Positions 26,689 through 39,305 of a DNA stretch of 64,000 nt are shown here, in pieces. The stretch lies in the NCBI GenBank assembly GCA_030770535.1, contig JASVEC010000010.1, positions 868,001 to 932,000 of the forward strand, given 5' to 3'. The DNA comes from Batkoa obscura (taxonomy: Eukaryota). The notes under the pieces were generated by a model, which did no database searches, had not been told where the DNA came from, and saw only the letters and a list, made by a program, of their open reading frames with translations. Both the position numbers and the translations under genes were made by a program. Every line of letters begins with the position of its first letter. Position 1 is the stretch's first letter.

Positions 26689-27675
26689 TTAAGAGCTAAT
26701 CTCTTTGCTTTTTAACATGGTGGCTTCACTGGTTCCAAGGCTAGTAGAAAGGATAACACACTTCTTTCTTGCTGAATGTCTCCTCTGTGCATCTTTACGT
26801 GAAAAGCGACGTTTACAGCTTGGGCAAGCAAATGGTTTGATTTGAGTGTGGACTAATAAATGACGATTTAAATCCTGCTTACGACGGAAAGCATTACCAC
26901 ACTGGTCACAGCTAAAGGCTCTAGTTTCGGAGTGGGTGGTGGCATGTGATTTTAAATTAAATACGGAATAAAATACTTTGCCGCAGTTATCTTCAAGGCA
27001 TGTAAATGTACGATTTTCAAGATCTCTAGAAAAATGTAGAACTCTGCCGCTACCATCGCTCAATGGTAAAGGTGATATATTACCAGATTTATCAATACGA
27101 TCTTGTTGGTAAGTTTGAGCCATGGTACTAGAATTACGCCCTGTGTGGCTTGGTGTAGTTGAGCTATCATAACTTATTTTACTATTCAAAGATCCAGCTT
27201 CATATTTTGATTTACATAACTCGAGTTTGTTAACTAAACATTGGTAAAATAAATCTACATTTGAATGTTGATTTTGCGTTGGTGTAACAGAATCAAACTC
27301 AAAAGAATCAGGAGGTGAGCATGGAGAGTAGCTTTTAAATGAAGAACAGTAGGCTAAAATATCTAGCTTAGTATGATTGTTATTGGATAACGGTTCGTCC
27401 ATAAATTGATTAGCTAATGATATTTCGTTAAGAGTATGATATTGACTTGGACTATGAGGGGTATGAATCAAGCTCGGCGTCATTGTATCATTTTGTAATG
27501 GTGACGAGTTGACGTTCGACTTATTGGTATAATATAAGTTACTATTTAAAGGTGGAAGAGAATCGTCCAATGGGGGGCATTGAAAAGAATCAATAGAAGG
27601 AATAATAGTATAGTAAGGCTCAGGGGAGTTAAAAGGAACCATTAATATCTTTGAGTTTGGTTTGTTTGTAAGCAT
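26689..27675 (-). CDS. C2H2 zinc-finger transcription factor (3 C-terminal fingers)
   Basis: CLEDNCGK..HATTH, CDQCG..HLLVH, CPSCKRRFSRKDAQRRH. Confidence 0.9.
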   Translation of the reverse strand: MLTNKPNSKILMVPFNSPEPYYTIIPSIDSFQCPPLDDSLPPLNSNLYYTNKSNVNSSPLQNDTMTPSLIHTPHSPSQYHTLNEISLANQFMDEPLSNNNHTKLDILAYCSSFKSYSPCSPPDSFEFDSVTPTQNQHSNVDLFYQCLVNKLELCKSKYEAGSLNSKISYDSSTTPSHTGRNSSTMAQTYQQDRIDKSGNISPLPLSDGSGRVLHFSRDLENRTFTCLEDNCGKVFYSVFNLKSHATTHSETRAFSCDQCGNAFRRKQDLNRHLLVHTQIKPFACPSCKRRFSRKDAQRRHSARKKCVILSTSLGTSEATMLKSKEISS

Positions 27676-28873
27676 GGTTGTTTTAAAAAGATAAACTAAT
27701 CAAAAAATAAAATTGTGGCTTAAATAAGGTCGCTTTTATAAAAAAACTGGAATTATAATTTGAGATAATGAGGCTATACAACTAAAATTGGGATAGTTAA
27801 GTTGAGTGATAATATTTAAGGGAGTCTATGAAATCTATACTACAAAAAAAGGGATGGTTTATATTATCAAGCGATAAATTTATATTATTTCTAATAATGG
27901 GTTGTAAGTATAAATAATGTAAATATGGGGGATCTATAAATAAGATAACAATATGTAACAAAAACGGATCTATAAAGTAAAGAAATGATATTGAAAATGG
28001 CTGCTTAAATCATATTGGGATCTTGAAAGAATAAATATTGTACCAATCATTTATCAATATTTTATTCAATTTTAATAGCAATTGGGGTACTGCAAGCTCA
28101 AGTCTAAGCCATAATTTAGAAGCTATTATTTGAATTGTGGCTTAAATTCAAGAGTTAATTTGAATCTGAGGCTCTCCCTTGGATTATTAATGGGATTTAA
28201 CTGTACATCAATTATTTCCTCCAATTAAACAGCATAAAAATGAAATTTAGTTTTAATTACTTTAAAATTACACAATTGCTTAGAGAATATTCCAAATATC
28301 GTAACTTGATTGGATATTCATTCAGTCAGGGTAACCTGGCTTATTTAATTTAAATGAAAACTATTATTGGCTAATTTTGCCATCTTCATTAATATAACCC
28401 AATCAAAATTTAGATATTGTTATGCCTGATTATAACATCATTTATCAAAATAAAGCTAATTTACTTTATTTGGGATTATTTAAGTCCGCTGAATGATTAA
28501 ATAGATCATAGTTTTTATTTAAAGATCATGTTTAAAGCACTGGTCAATCTATTTTCAATAAATAAAAAGGGAGAAGTAAACCTTAGATAACAGAAGTTAT
28601 AATTAGACACCATTTTATAAATATTACTCAAAAGCCTTTCTTTATATAAAACTTAAATCAGAATTGTCAATTAATTTATATGCACCCACTTCGGATAACA
28701 ATTCCATTGTTGAGTGGCACTAATTTAAGTTGAAATCATTTTTTGTTATTCTAAATTTTAATTAGAATAAATATTGGTTTTAAAAGTTATAGAATATTCC
28801 AATGGGTATTATAATGATTTATTCATCTTTGAAATCAAAATTTGACACTGCGATATTTTTTATAAAGCTACTC

Positions 28874-29016
28874 TACTACTGGTTCGATTTAAACATAACT
28901 TGGGCATTTTCGTTTTTGTACTTAGTGAATATAAAAATAGACAAAAATTATTATAATTAAACTCAGAAAATATAATTCACAAATGCCCATGTTATGTTTA
29001 AATCAAATCAGAAGTA
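28874..29016. mobile_element. Foldback/MITE family B copy (~143 bp, ~36-bp TIRs)
   Basis: Left arm TACTACTGGTTCGATTTAAACATAACTTGGGCATTT; reverse complement of the right arm is TACTTCTGATTTGATTTAAACATAACATGGGCATTT. Confidence 0.65.
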
Positions 29017-30596
29017 CGTTTTGTAGAGAATTTATAACCTTTATTCGAGTACCTATTATTGATTGTATACTTGTTATTACCAAAAATCAATGACAATATA
29101 CTTTAAGTATATATTATGATATTAGCAAAGTGTTTCTTGATTATCATTATTTTGTTTTTTTATTTTAACTAAAGCTTAAGAAATATTTTGATCTTAATAT
29201 CGATCTGGGATGTTTTTCAGCATTTTGTCAACTTTTTATGTGGCATAAAGTGTTAAAAATATCAGATAGACCATAAAACGCTGTCGATTTATAGTTTTGC
29301 AAAAATTGACTTTAAATATGAATCTAAAAGATCAGTTTATAATATAAATATAAGTGAAACAAGATCAACTTTCTATAAAAAAAAAACATCGAATAAACTC
29401 TGCTTTTAATTTCTAATATAGAATATAAGCTTTAACACGCATCTTGATAAAATTATAGGTCCTAATTTTTAGACTATATAATGAATTCAGAATAAAAGTT
29501 ACTTTTTCCATCCATTTGTTACAGATCAAGTATCTTTTGACTATAGTGTATATCAGAGGATTTTAGAAAAAGATTTTTTTGTGAAGTTTTTTATTTAACT
29601 ATATGATTGATAATGTATATGTATATCCATATACTATACTATAACTATTTATTTTTATATATAACACCAATATTCATAATAGAATAGCTATCTAGAAGAT
29701 ATAAGAAAAAAAGTTAAATTCATAAGTTTACTAGTGTTAGTTTATTATAATATTAATGATTTCAAAATTATTTGGAATTGTGTTAGAATATAGTGCTTAA
29801 AGATTTATTGATAAATGTGGCGGAAACATTGTTTTTATATTTTTATTGTAAATTTTGTGTTAGAACTTAGTTTCAAATATACACAAAATCAAAATGTGTT
29901 TTAGTTATAATTGCTAAGCCAATACAGTTTACTTTTTAAATATAGTTAAAATAGCTCTAATATAACTTAAAAGCCCACTTTGATTTATAACAATTGTACT
30001 GTTTATTAAAAGAAAAAAACAAGCAACTAAAGTAGATATTTAAATAATATTATATATCGATACTGGGTAAGAGCAGGACAATCGATGTACACTATAAGAC
30101 TTTATTTTTGAAAAGAGAAATTTTTTCCGACACAAAAGAATAAAATAAAAAATTTATTTAACTTAATTCAAATATTTTATAACAACATTTAGTTGATTTC
30201 AAATAATTCACACTTAAAAGAACAAATGAAAGGGTGAATCCACAAAATTAAGGAGAGTTTCGGATAAACTTATAATGGAATTAGATAAGAAATTAAGTGA
30301 CAAGGGAGTATATAATATTTATAATAATGTGCTATGGAACAACACATTGGGATGGAAAATTACAATTCCTTAGTAATATAAAGGAACTCTTAATTACATG
30401 ATTCCTTTAATTAGTAAAGGTTTAAACCGATACACAAATGGTATATATCAGAATTATGCTTAGGATATTAATTTAGCATGGGCAATTAATGATCATTAAT
30501 TAGAATTTATAATGTTTCACTGATTTACTTTAATTGGTAGGCACAGTTGTATAAAATTATAAATACGAAGCCTTAAATTATTTTTTTATATTAAAA

Positions 30597-32035
30597 ATGT
30601 TAAAAAATAATAATAGCAATAATAATAATAGCAATAATAATAATAGCAATAACAATAATAGCATAGTCGAAGAGAAGCAGTTTAAAATATTAGAAGAAGA
30701 ATATGAAAGCAATTTATTAAAGGCGTTTAACAAAGAAGGGAAATGCTACTTGGATGATAAAAATTACTTAAGTTATCGAATCTATGGCAATGGTAAAAAT
30801 AAGCTTTTATTTATAATGGGTTTAAACGCTACTGGCTCTCATTGGGGTTATCAAGCCAAATATTTTGGCAATTTAGAAGACTATCAAGTATGTACTTTTG
30901 ATAATAGGGGTATTGGTACAAGTTCATGTCCACCTGGTCCATATACGTAATAATACTTGTTTATTTTTTATTTATTTATTTATTTATTTCTTTTAGTACT
31001 TCTCTTTTAGCCAATGATGCATTAGCATTGTTAAACCATCTGGAATGGAATGACAATGTTAATTTAATAGGAGTATCTATGGGAGGTATGATTGCACAGC
31101 TTATGGCATTAAAACAAACTCAACGTTTTAATTCAGTAACATTCACAAGCACTTATAACTCAGCAGCCTTAGTAGTACCAACCACTGAAGATATTCAAAT
31201 ATTTTTTAAAATGTTAAGTAGAACTCGCACAAAAATGATGCGTCCACTAATTAAAGTATGTTTTCCTAAGCCATGGTTAAAAGAAGAGATATTACCTGGT
31301 TTAAGTAATTTTCAATTTTTATTATCAACATTAAAAAAATTCGATTTTGATAATTCAGAACGCTATTCAATGGGAGAATATTGGCAAGCTATCGCAGCAT
31401 TATTGCATAATATACCACCTTACCGTTTAAAGCAAATTAAAAAAAGTGGGATAAAGACATTAGTATTACATGGTACTAAAGATAAAATAATAAGGCCAAC
31501 TTATGGCACCTTACTATCATCAATATTATCATGCCCGTTAATCCAGTTTAAAAATTCAGGTCATATGTTGATGATTGAAAGAGGAATAGAGTATAATTTA
31601 ATCCTAAGAGCACACATTGAAGGAAAAGAATTAAATCATTACCTTCAACTTGAGAATAGGGAGATTGATAATAAGAACTTAATATTAGTAAATGGAGTCG
31701 AAAATAAAAAGCTAGAAGAAGAAAGTAACAAATTATGCAACGAGCATAAACCTGAAAAATCATGGTTAAACAAATTATTTCATTTCAAAAAGAATAACGA
31801 TTCAATCGAGTTATTAAATAACAACGATCACAGTGATTTCCATGAGGATACTGATAACGATAATGTACTTGACGATAATAATAAATCTCCAAACTTAAAA
31901 ATCGAAAAGAGTTTATCATCACCGATTCCTGAAAATGGCCCTTTCACAATATTAAATAGAAGATCAAAATCCTTTTTTTCAGCTAATAATTTCAATGAGT
32001 TTTTGCAAAATTATTTAAGTACAAAGCAACATTAA
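30597..32035 (+). CDS. Alpha/beta hydrolase (intron 30947-30996)
   Basis: FIMGL, FDNRGIG, nucleophile elbow GVSMGG, HGTKD, catalytic SGH; N-terminal (NNNNS)x4 repeat. Confidence 0.88.
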
Positions 32036-32074
32036 CCAATATAAATAAATTAAAATATATCTTTTTATTATATT

Positions 32075-33811
32075 TTAAATTAAAAATGGTGAATCAATTA
32101 CTGAATGTCCTACGGCTACTCCACCTTCATTACTAGAGTCCAATTTAGTACGTAACAAATGGCCACCAGATTTATTAATTAAACTTTGGTCATCATTGGA
32201 TGGCAAATAAATTCCATAAATCCCTAATTCACTCACAAAGTTCCCCTTTAAGGCTGGTATTCCAAATCTTAAACCTAAATTGTTATTATGAAATTTAGGC
32301 GGTAAAATTTTATCCATCAATATATAAGCTTTCTTTTCTTCTTCATTTAATTTGTTTAATTGTATTAAAATATCTTCACCATAATAATTATTGCCTCCGC
32401 CTTCTCTTGATGGCTTCATTACATAATTTTTGACTTTTTTAGCTATTGAATTTAAGCTACTTTCATCTACTGGATATAACCCTGTAAAACATTGTTGAAT
32501 GTTGTTAAAATCATTTTCATTTTTAATAAACCTAGAATAAGATAAAGGTAAATATTTATAACATGATATTAATAATAAATTACTTTTTTAATATATCTTT
32601 ATCAGCTAATACCTGTTGTATTTTCTTAGAGCCAACCAGTTGGTATGCTAAGTTTGGACATTTATAAGCATAACTTGACTCTAATAACTTTCTTGCTAAC
32701 CATTCATTGTTACTTGGGTAGTCATTTGGACTATATCCTGAGCGAAAATAAATTACACTAATCTCGTTACCATCAATTATTAATTTATTGTTATCAGCTT
32801 CATTAATTTTAGCTTGTTTATAAACATCACTTAATGTTTTTCTTATAACTTTAATTGAATATCTATAAAACAATAAATAAATAAAAAGTATAAAAGTTAA
32901 GAATGATATTACTTTTCAAATAACTCCAACTCAATATGTCTTTGGTCAAAAATATTACGCTCGTTAGGTTGAACAACAAATAAAATGACTGAACTAAGAT
33001 TAAATTAATAAATATGACTATATAAATATTAAACTAATATTACTCCTTATTGTTGTATAATTCGTGTGTTTTTGCTAATCCATCAACAATCGAAGTTAAT
33101 GCTGAGTTATCTGGTATTTCGCCTTGTTCTTTAGGGAGCAAGTTGAAATAATTATCTGTTCTTTCTGAGAGGAACCTACATAAAGAATATAAATAAAGAA
33201 CACAAATAAACAAAATAGACTTACTTATGTAGTTTTGTAGTTTTTGAACTTAAAGCAGCAAATGAGGAGGCAATAGTGTTTAATTCTACTTGATACAACT
33301 TAAATTTGTCTTTTTCAGTTTTAAAAAATTGAATAACATCTTGAGTGTTATTGATTTCCTTATTTAAAGTATCTTCATAATGTAACAAATAATCGGAACG
33401 ATGAATACCCAATCTTCTGTTGATATTTTGATTATTATATAATTCCTTATAAATGAATATTAAATTTTTTAAAAAGTCATCGACTTCTACTAATGGTTCC
33501 AAAGTATTTAATAAAAATTCTTGATCTAAAGATATTTTATCTACCATCTCATTAAATATAGTTTGTATTTTAATAGAATGCTCAAACAACTCTTTTGGAA
33601 ATGGTGTTGGATAAAGGGTTGTCGGAGCTGGAGTTGACAATGAAACTAACCCGATTTCTTTTTGAACAACGTTGGATACAATGTTAGTAATATCTTCATT
33701 GTTTTGATTGTTTTCAGTTAATGGGTAAGGAGGTAATATAGTCAATCCGTTACTAAAGCAATAGAGCTGATTTAATTCGATCAATTGGTTTTCTTGTTGC
33801 TGACTTAACAT
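32075..33811 (-). CDS. GSH2: Eukaryotic glutathione synthetase (multi-exon)
   Basis: LGIHRSDYLL, QVELNTIASSF, VQPNERNIFDQ, YFRSGYSP, KCP..QLVGSKKIQQ, MKPSREGGGNN, SELGIYG, GHLLRTK..SNEGGVAVG. Confidence 0.95.
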
Positions 33812-34282
33812 ATTTATAGTTTGTAATAGCAAAAAATAAATTTAAAGGTGTATAATTTATACTTATTGCTATTATGCTATTAGTAAAACAAATTTCGAAA
33901 ATCAATAACCCTAATTTTCAGCCAATTAAATTTAGCAATATACATTAGTATTATTAATCCACTATAATTAAGATTCTATAGCATTCCCCCAAACAATTAT
34001 ACCTGCTTTATAAAGAACTATTTTAAAAACATTTTATAGTTAAAATTTCATATTAATAATGTGAAGCTTAATTTTCAAACTTTCATAGCCATTTATCGGT
34101 ATTGTTTATTCCTCCCAATTAATTATCCCCTACTAATATCGCCGAACATCTTGATCCTCAATATAAATTTGCTTAAATCACCTAATATTTTGAATCTTTG
34201 TTTAACATATCACCTTTATTAACTTGGTTTTTTTCTAAATTAGCTAGAAGCTTAAATGATAACACACTTAAATACTAAAAGA

Positions 34283-34385
34283 TATGAGGATGTTTTTTGG
34301 CTTTGTTATTTTTTCCATCTTTTAAATCCTATTTGAACAGAAAAATTGTTAGTAAAATTCTTAGACACAAAAATACATCCCCATA
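34283..34385. mobile_element. MITE family A copy
   Basis: TATGAGGATGT...ACATCCCCATA. Confidence 0.85.
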
Positions 34386-34416
34386 TATTATTCTTATAAA
34401 AAATAGAATTTGTTTA

Positions 34417-34522
34417 TACTGGAGTGTTTTTTTTTGGTTTCATCACTTTCTTTGTTTTTAGATGTTATTTGAATGGAAAAATTGTTAGTAAGATTCTTGA
34501 ACAAAAAAACGCATCCTTCTAT
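34417..34522. mobile_element. MITE family A copy (degenerate)
   Basis: Shared internal TTTGGTTTCATCACTTT..GGAAAAATTGTTAGTAAGATTCTTGAAC; decayed TIRs. Confidence 0.7.
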
Positions 34523-34718
34523 ATAATTACTCCCAGTGAATCTAATAAATAAGGAAGCTAATGTGTACTTACTTTTTATTTCATGGTTTTGAATGATATA
34601 TTCTATCAGTTTTACAACCTTTTCAAGCTTTACTTCTTTATCTTTATATAAATAATGACTTAATAAATAATGGCATTTAAATAACAAGTTAACAAACAAT
34701 AATTGATTGTTTCTATTA

Positions 34719-34823
34719 TACGGGAGTGTTTTTTTTAACTTCGTTGTTTTTTCCATTTTTTAAGCGCTATTTAAGCGGAAAATTTGTTAGTAAAATTCTT
34801 AAACATAAAAACACATCCCCATA
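34719..34823. mobile_element. MITE family A copy
   Basis: TACGGGAGTGT...ACATCCCCATA. Confidence 0.8.
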
Positions 34824-35046
34824 CTTTAGTACACGTCTAAAGTTATCAAATTCTCAGCACTAGCTTCTCAATTTACAATAGCAACAAAAAGCCAATTCAC
34901 TCTATAAAGTAGACATATACTAACCTTAAATAAAAACTATATGATTTAGTTTTAAGTTTCCATTTTTGATAAGTTATTTAAAATTATTTACTAACTTACA
35001 TATTATTTAAAAAAAACAATATTTTGAAAAATGACTATAAAATATA

Positions 35047-35151
35047 TATGGGGATGTATTTTTGTGTTTAAGAGCTTTACTAATAATTTTTCCACTCAAA
35101 TAGCGCTTAAAGGATGGAAAAAGTAATGAAGCCAAAAAATACATCCCCATA
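35047..35151. mobile_element. MITE family A copy (reverse orientation, near-perfect TIRs, TA flanks)
   Basis: TA-TATGGGGATGTATTTTTG...CAAAAAATACATCCCCATA-TA. Confidence 0.9.
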
Positions 35152-35193
35152 TATTAGTTTATAAAAACTTAAGTGATAGTATCAAACTTAAGA

Positions 35194-35298
35194 TATGGGG
35201 ATGTATTTTTGTGTTTAAGAATTTTACTAACAAATTTTCCGCTTGAATAGCGCTTAAAAGGTGGAAAAAGTAATGAAATCAAAAAAATTATCCCCATA
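35194..35298. mobile_element. MITE family A copy (reverse orientation)
   Basis: TATGGGGATGTA...TATCCCCATA. Confidence 0.85.
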
Positions 35299-35497
35299 TA
35301 AATAAGTAGATAGTTTTAAATTTTACAATAAAATTATAGCAGATAATAGTGATTATTACAAAAAGTAGTCAAAAATTAACTATTATTTTAAATAACTTTA
35401 TAATAATATCATTGTTAAATAAATGGAAAATAGTTTTTTTTAGTTAAAATATCATCTATTATAAATTTAATCTCAATTCAATTATAAATAAAAAGTA

Positions 35498-35602
35498 TAT
35501 GGGGGTGTTTTTTTCAACTCCATTACTTTTTCTATTTTTTAAGCACTATTTGAGCAGAAAATTTGTTAGTAAAGTTCTTGAACACAAAAATACATCCCCA
35601 TA
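35498..35602. mobile_element. MITE family A copy
   Basis: TATGGGGGTGT...ACATCCCCATA. Confidence 0.85.
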
Positions 35603-36256
35603 TGTTTAAAACTATACTATTACATCATCATTTTACTTTTAATATTTTGTTTTATTTAGTTATTTTTAAATATAAAAAGGATGGGGTTACTTACTACTTT
35701 ATGTAAAATATAGGATGCTGTATAGGTATTAGGAGTTTAAGAGTAGTGTTAGATCATTATTTTTACTAAAGGGCTTAGTCATTAGCTTTCATATATTGTA
35801 AATAAATTAATTGATAATTATTAATAAAAATAACAAAGATAATAAAAGTAAGATAAGAATTACTATTATTTATACAAAATTGAACTATTATATTTGAGAT
35901 TAATTTCAAATGTATCTACTAAATATAGTCAACTTAATTAATTAATTCATTAAACTAATAGTTTAGTCCAAGTTAACTAAAACACTTGACACTATCCAGT
36001 TTATAAATGTGACATAGCACATGCTATCATCTCACCTTAACTTTATTTATGTTGAAATTAAACTCAGAATTATAATTGATATTCAAACCAAGTAATAAAA
36101 GAAAACTCGACTCCAGTTATCAAATCAGTTTAGTTTCTAAAGGACTAGTTAATCCAAATAGTTATCAAACTATAAATTCAGTTTTAATTTCAATCAAAAT
36201 AATTCAATAGCATCTAGTTTATAAGTGTATTATAACATCATATTACTTTAAATCTA

Positions 36257-36357
36257 TTTGGAGATATTTTTTTGGCTTCATTATTTTTTCCATTTAAGTA
36301 TTATTTGAGCGGAAAAATTGTTAATAAAATTGTTAAATACAAAAATACATCCTCATT
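36257..36357. mobile_element. MITE family A copy (degenerate)
   Basis: TTTGGAGATATTTT..TATTTGAGCGGAAAAATTG..ACATCCTCA. Confidence 0.7.
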
Positions 36358-36862
36358 TATTTTGATAAATAATATTTTTATTTTAATGTATTCAAATTCC
36401 CAAAAGGAAGATAAATCCCAATTGATAATCAAGGGAGGGTTGACTTCAATTTAAAAGTATGAGCATGAGTTTGAATAAAAGCTCAGGTGTGATAAAAAAG
36501 TAAGTAAAAAAACAAGTCCAAGACAAGTGGGATTTTGGGAAAAATTTTAAGTATCAATTCCATCAATGTACTTATTGCATTATCATCTTATATCAATATA
36601 TTTCATTTAATATTAAAATCCCTTTTTTTAGATTGATTTTAAATCAAATTCAATATTCAATTTTAAACTAAGGGATAAAATTTAATATCTTAAATTTAGC
36701 TTAAAATAAGGCTTAGCTAGTAAAAAAACAAGAATTTTCAAAACTTCACGTATCAAGCTCATCAACGTTATTATGATATTATCATTTCAGTGTTGATGTA
36801 AAAAAATTCAAGTAAAATTTTTATCAAATGTAGTAATTGTAGTTTTCTCTCAAATTTCAATA

Positions 36863-36967
36863 TTTGGGGATGTATTTTTACGTTTAATAGTTTTACTAAT
36901 AATTTTTCCACTCAAATAGCGCTTAAAAGATAGAAAAAGTAATAACGCCAAAAAAAAGATCTCCATT
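36863..36967. mobile_element. MITE family A copy (reverse orientation)
   Basis: TTTGGGGATGTA..CTCAAATAGCGCTTAAAAGAT..GATCTCCA. Confidence 0.75.
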
Positions 36968-37116
36968 TTCTATCAAAATTGAAAATAGCCTATATAGTAC
37001 TATCCTAACCACGAAAATCATGACAGATAATCCACCTTTTTTAGAATGTATTAGTTTAAGCTCGATATCTTGGTAAATTAAATTCAATCCATTCCAAAAT
37101 TTCGCTTTATTTCTAT

Positions 37117-37258
37117 TACTGTTGATTCAGCTTTAACATTATATGGGCATTTTACTTTTGTATTTTTAGACTTGGCTCATGGTGGTTTTTCCTACTTCTT
37201 CATTTAATAAATAGAAAGTTCAAAATGCCCATATGATGTTAAAATTGAGTCAATAATG
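37117..37258. mobile_element. Foldback/MITE family B copy (~142 bp, ~32-bp TIRs)
   Basis: Left arm TTGATTCAGCTTTAACATTATATGGGCATTTT; reverse complement of the right arm is TTGACTCAATTTTAACATCATATGGGCATTTT. Confidence 0.6.
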
Positions 37259-37508
37259 TTCATTTTCCAAAATCATTTATAAATTTTTCCATGGCCTAAA
37301 AGTGATCAAATAAAGGAATCACTTTATAGCTTAATTAAGGGAAATTCTAGAACTTGGAGAATAAAATAAGTCATTAATAAAGTTCAAATCTTCTTGAAAT
37401 AAATGAAAGAAAAGGGTTTATAAGGAGATTAAATTCCACTTTCTATTGATTCGAATCTTAATTTAACTTACTCGAACTGTCACTACAAAATCAAGCTCCT
37501 GTTAAACA

Positions 37509-38907
37509 ATGAAATTCGGTAAAAAAATTCAAGAAGAAGTAGAAACCATGGGTCCGAAATGGCAGGCCCATGCTATCCCGTATAAAAAGTTAAAAAAAGC
37601 AATTAAACATGATAGTCCATCCAGCACCAATTATGCTCAACTTTCACCTTTATTTACAAATCTTTGGATAGATCATTTAGATCAAGCAAATACAATTACG
37701 GAAGAATTTATAAAAGAGGAGGGAGAAGGAAGGATGGATGATAAAGATTTCTATCATTTATTATTAAAATCCTTAAATCAATTAAAACTATTTCTTAATG
37801 AAGCATTTGAAGATACAAAATTAAGGATACTTCATTTAAAAGAGGAGCTATTTGAGGCTACTAACCCATTTCAAAAAGATGTCGTTGTTTGGTAAATTTT
37901 TTAGTTCAGTTTTAAAGTAATGAGGTTTTAACAATTTAACTTTTTTTTAAAATTATTTAGGAGAGAAATCTTTGAATTATATAAACAATCCCCAATATGG
38001 CAAATTAACTCAATACAAGATTTACATGGTATACGGTATTTAGATATGAAATGTCAATATGATTTATTTTTAAAACAATTATTAAAGTTAGAAAAAGTAA
38101 GTATTTATTCTTTAATTATATTATATTATTTTTATTTCCATTTTTATTAGACAAAAAAATTTGATAATAATCATTCCAAAGAAGCATTATTAAAGTTTTT
38201 AGAGGTAAATTCCATATTGTATTATTAAGTGTTAAATGTTGACTAAATCTAACCAGACTAATCAACAAATCTTATCATTAATAAAATTTTGTGAATTAAA
38301 TCAAACAGCTGCTATTAAAATATTAAAAAAATTTAATAAAGCCACCACATTAAAGTAAGTTAATTCTTGTTCCCATCTCTTTAGCCAATCAAAAAATTTA
38401 ATCTTTTTTATTTTTTAGTTTAACGAACACATTAATAAAAAAAGATAGCTCATTATTATTATATTGTCCGAAAGAATTAACTATTCAATGGTATGAGTTA
38501 ATTGAAACTATACTACCTAATATTGAGGATTTTTCATGCCCAATTTGTTTAGGTAAGTTAACTCATTCTAATCCTATATTATCATAATATAATATACCTT
38601 TTAATTTTAATTAGAAATCATATGGAAACCAACCAGGTTATCTTGTGGACACACTTTTTGTCATTGGTGTTGTATTCAATCTCAAGTACAACGAAAAAGA
38701 GATTGTCCCTTATGTCGATGTAGTGGTGCAATGTTAAAAGTAGATGAAAGAGGGACGGATAAAGCATTAGAAAATTATTTAAAATTGTATTTTCCAAGGG
38801 AGGTTAAAGTGAAAAGAAAACAACAGGAAAAAGAAATGATGTTATGTGAAGTTAGTAATATCCGTGGGGGTGAATTTATGATTAATAATGGATGTTGTTT
38901 GATGTAA
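37509..38907 (+). CDS. SPX-RING E3 ubiquitin ligase (NLA/Pqr1-like), multi-exon
   Basis: SPX N-terminus MKFGK..IPYKKLKKAIK and later NQTAAIKILKKFNK; RING CPICL..LSCGHTFCHWC..DCPLCR; LKLYFPREVK; ends GCCLM*. Confidence 0.88.
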
Positions 38908-39305
38908 GAGGAGAGATCAAAAAGGATCATACATTTTTTATTGCATTTTTAAAAGTCATGTTATATTAATTAGATAATTAAAAACAATTAATTATAAATG
39001 AAATGATTAAAGTTTAAAAATAAAATTTTGTTATATATTTATATATTTATTTATTTATTTAGCATTATTGAATATTATTTTTAATATTTATTAAATTTAA
39101 GCCACCTCCATTTTTAATAATCTTTTCGAAATTAAACAATCTCTATTAACCAATCAAATCTATTTTATACTTCTAAATTTACCAATAAAATAAGATTACA
39201 TCTCGAATTGTAAGAATTTTAAATCTTAAAAAATAGAAGTCAGCTTGACTAATTTGAATTCATTAAAATATAAAAATCGCTTTATTTTAACTAAAAACAA
39301 TAGTG

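Noticed and set aside
27700..30590. 3-kb gene-free interval possibly hiding ncRNA or tRNA
   Set aside because: No tRNA cloverleaf or recognisable RNA motif found by eye; consistent with long divergent promoters apart from the family-B foldback
34283..35602. Clustered repeats resembling a CRISPR array
   Set aside because: Units are ~105 bp with TIRs, irregularly spaced, in both orientations and dispersed elsewhere; eukaryotic context with no cas genes
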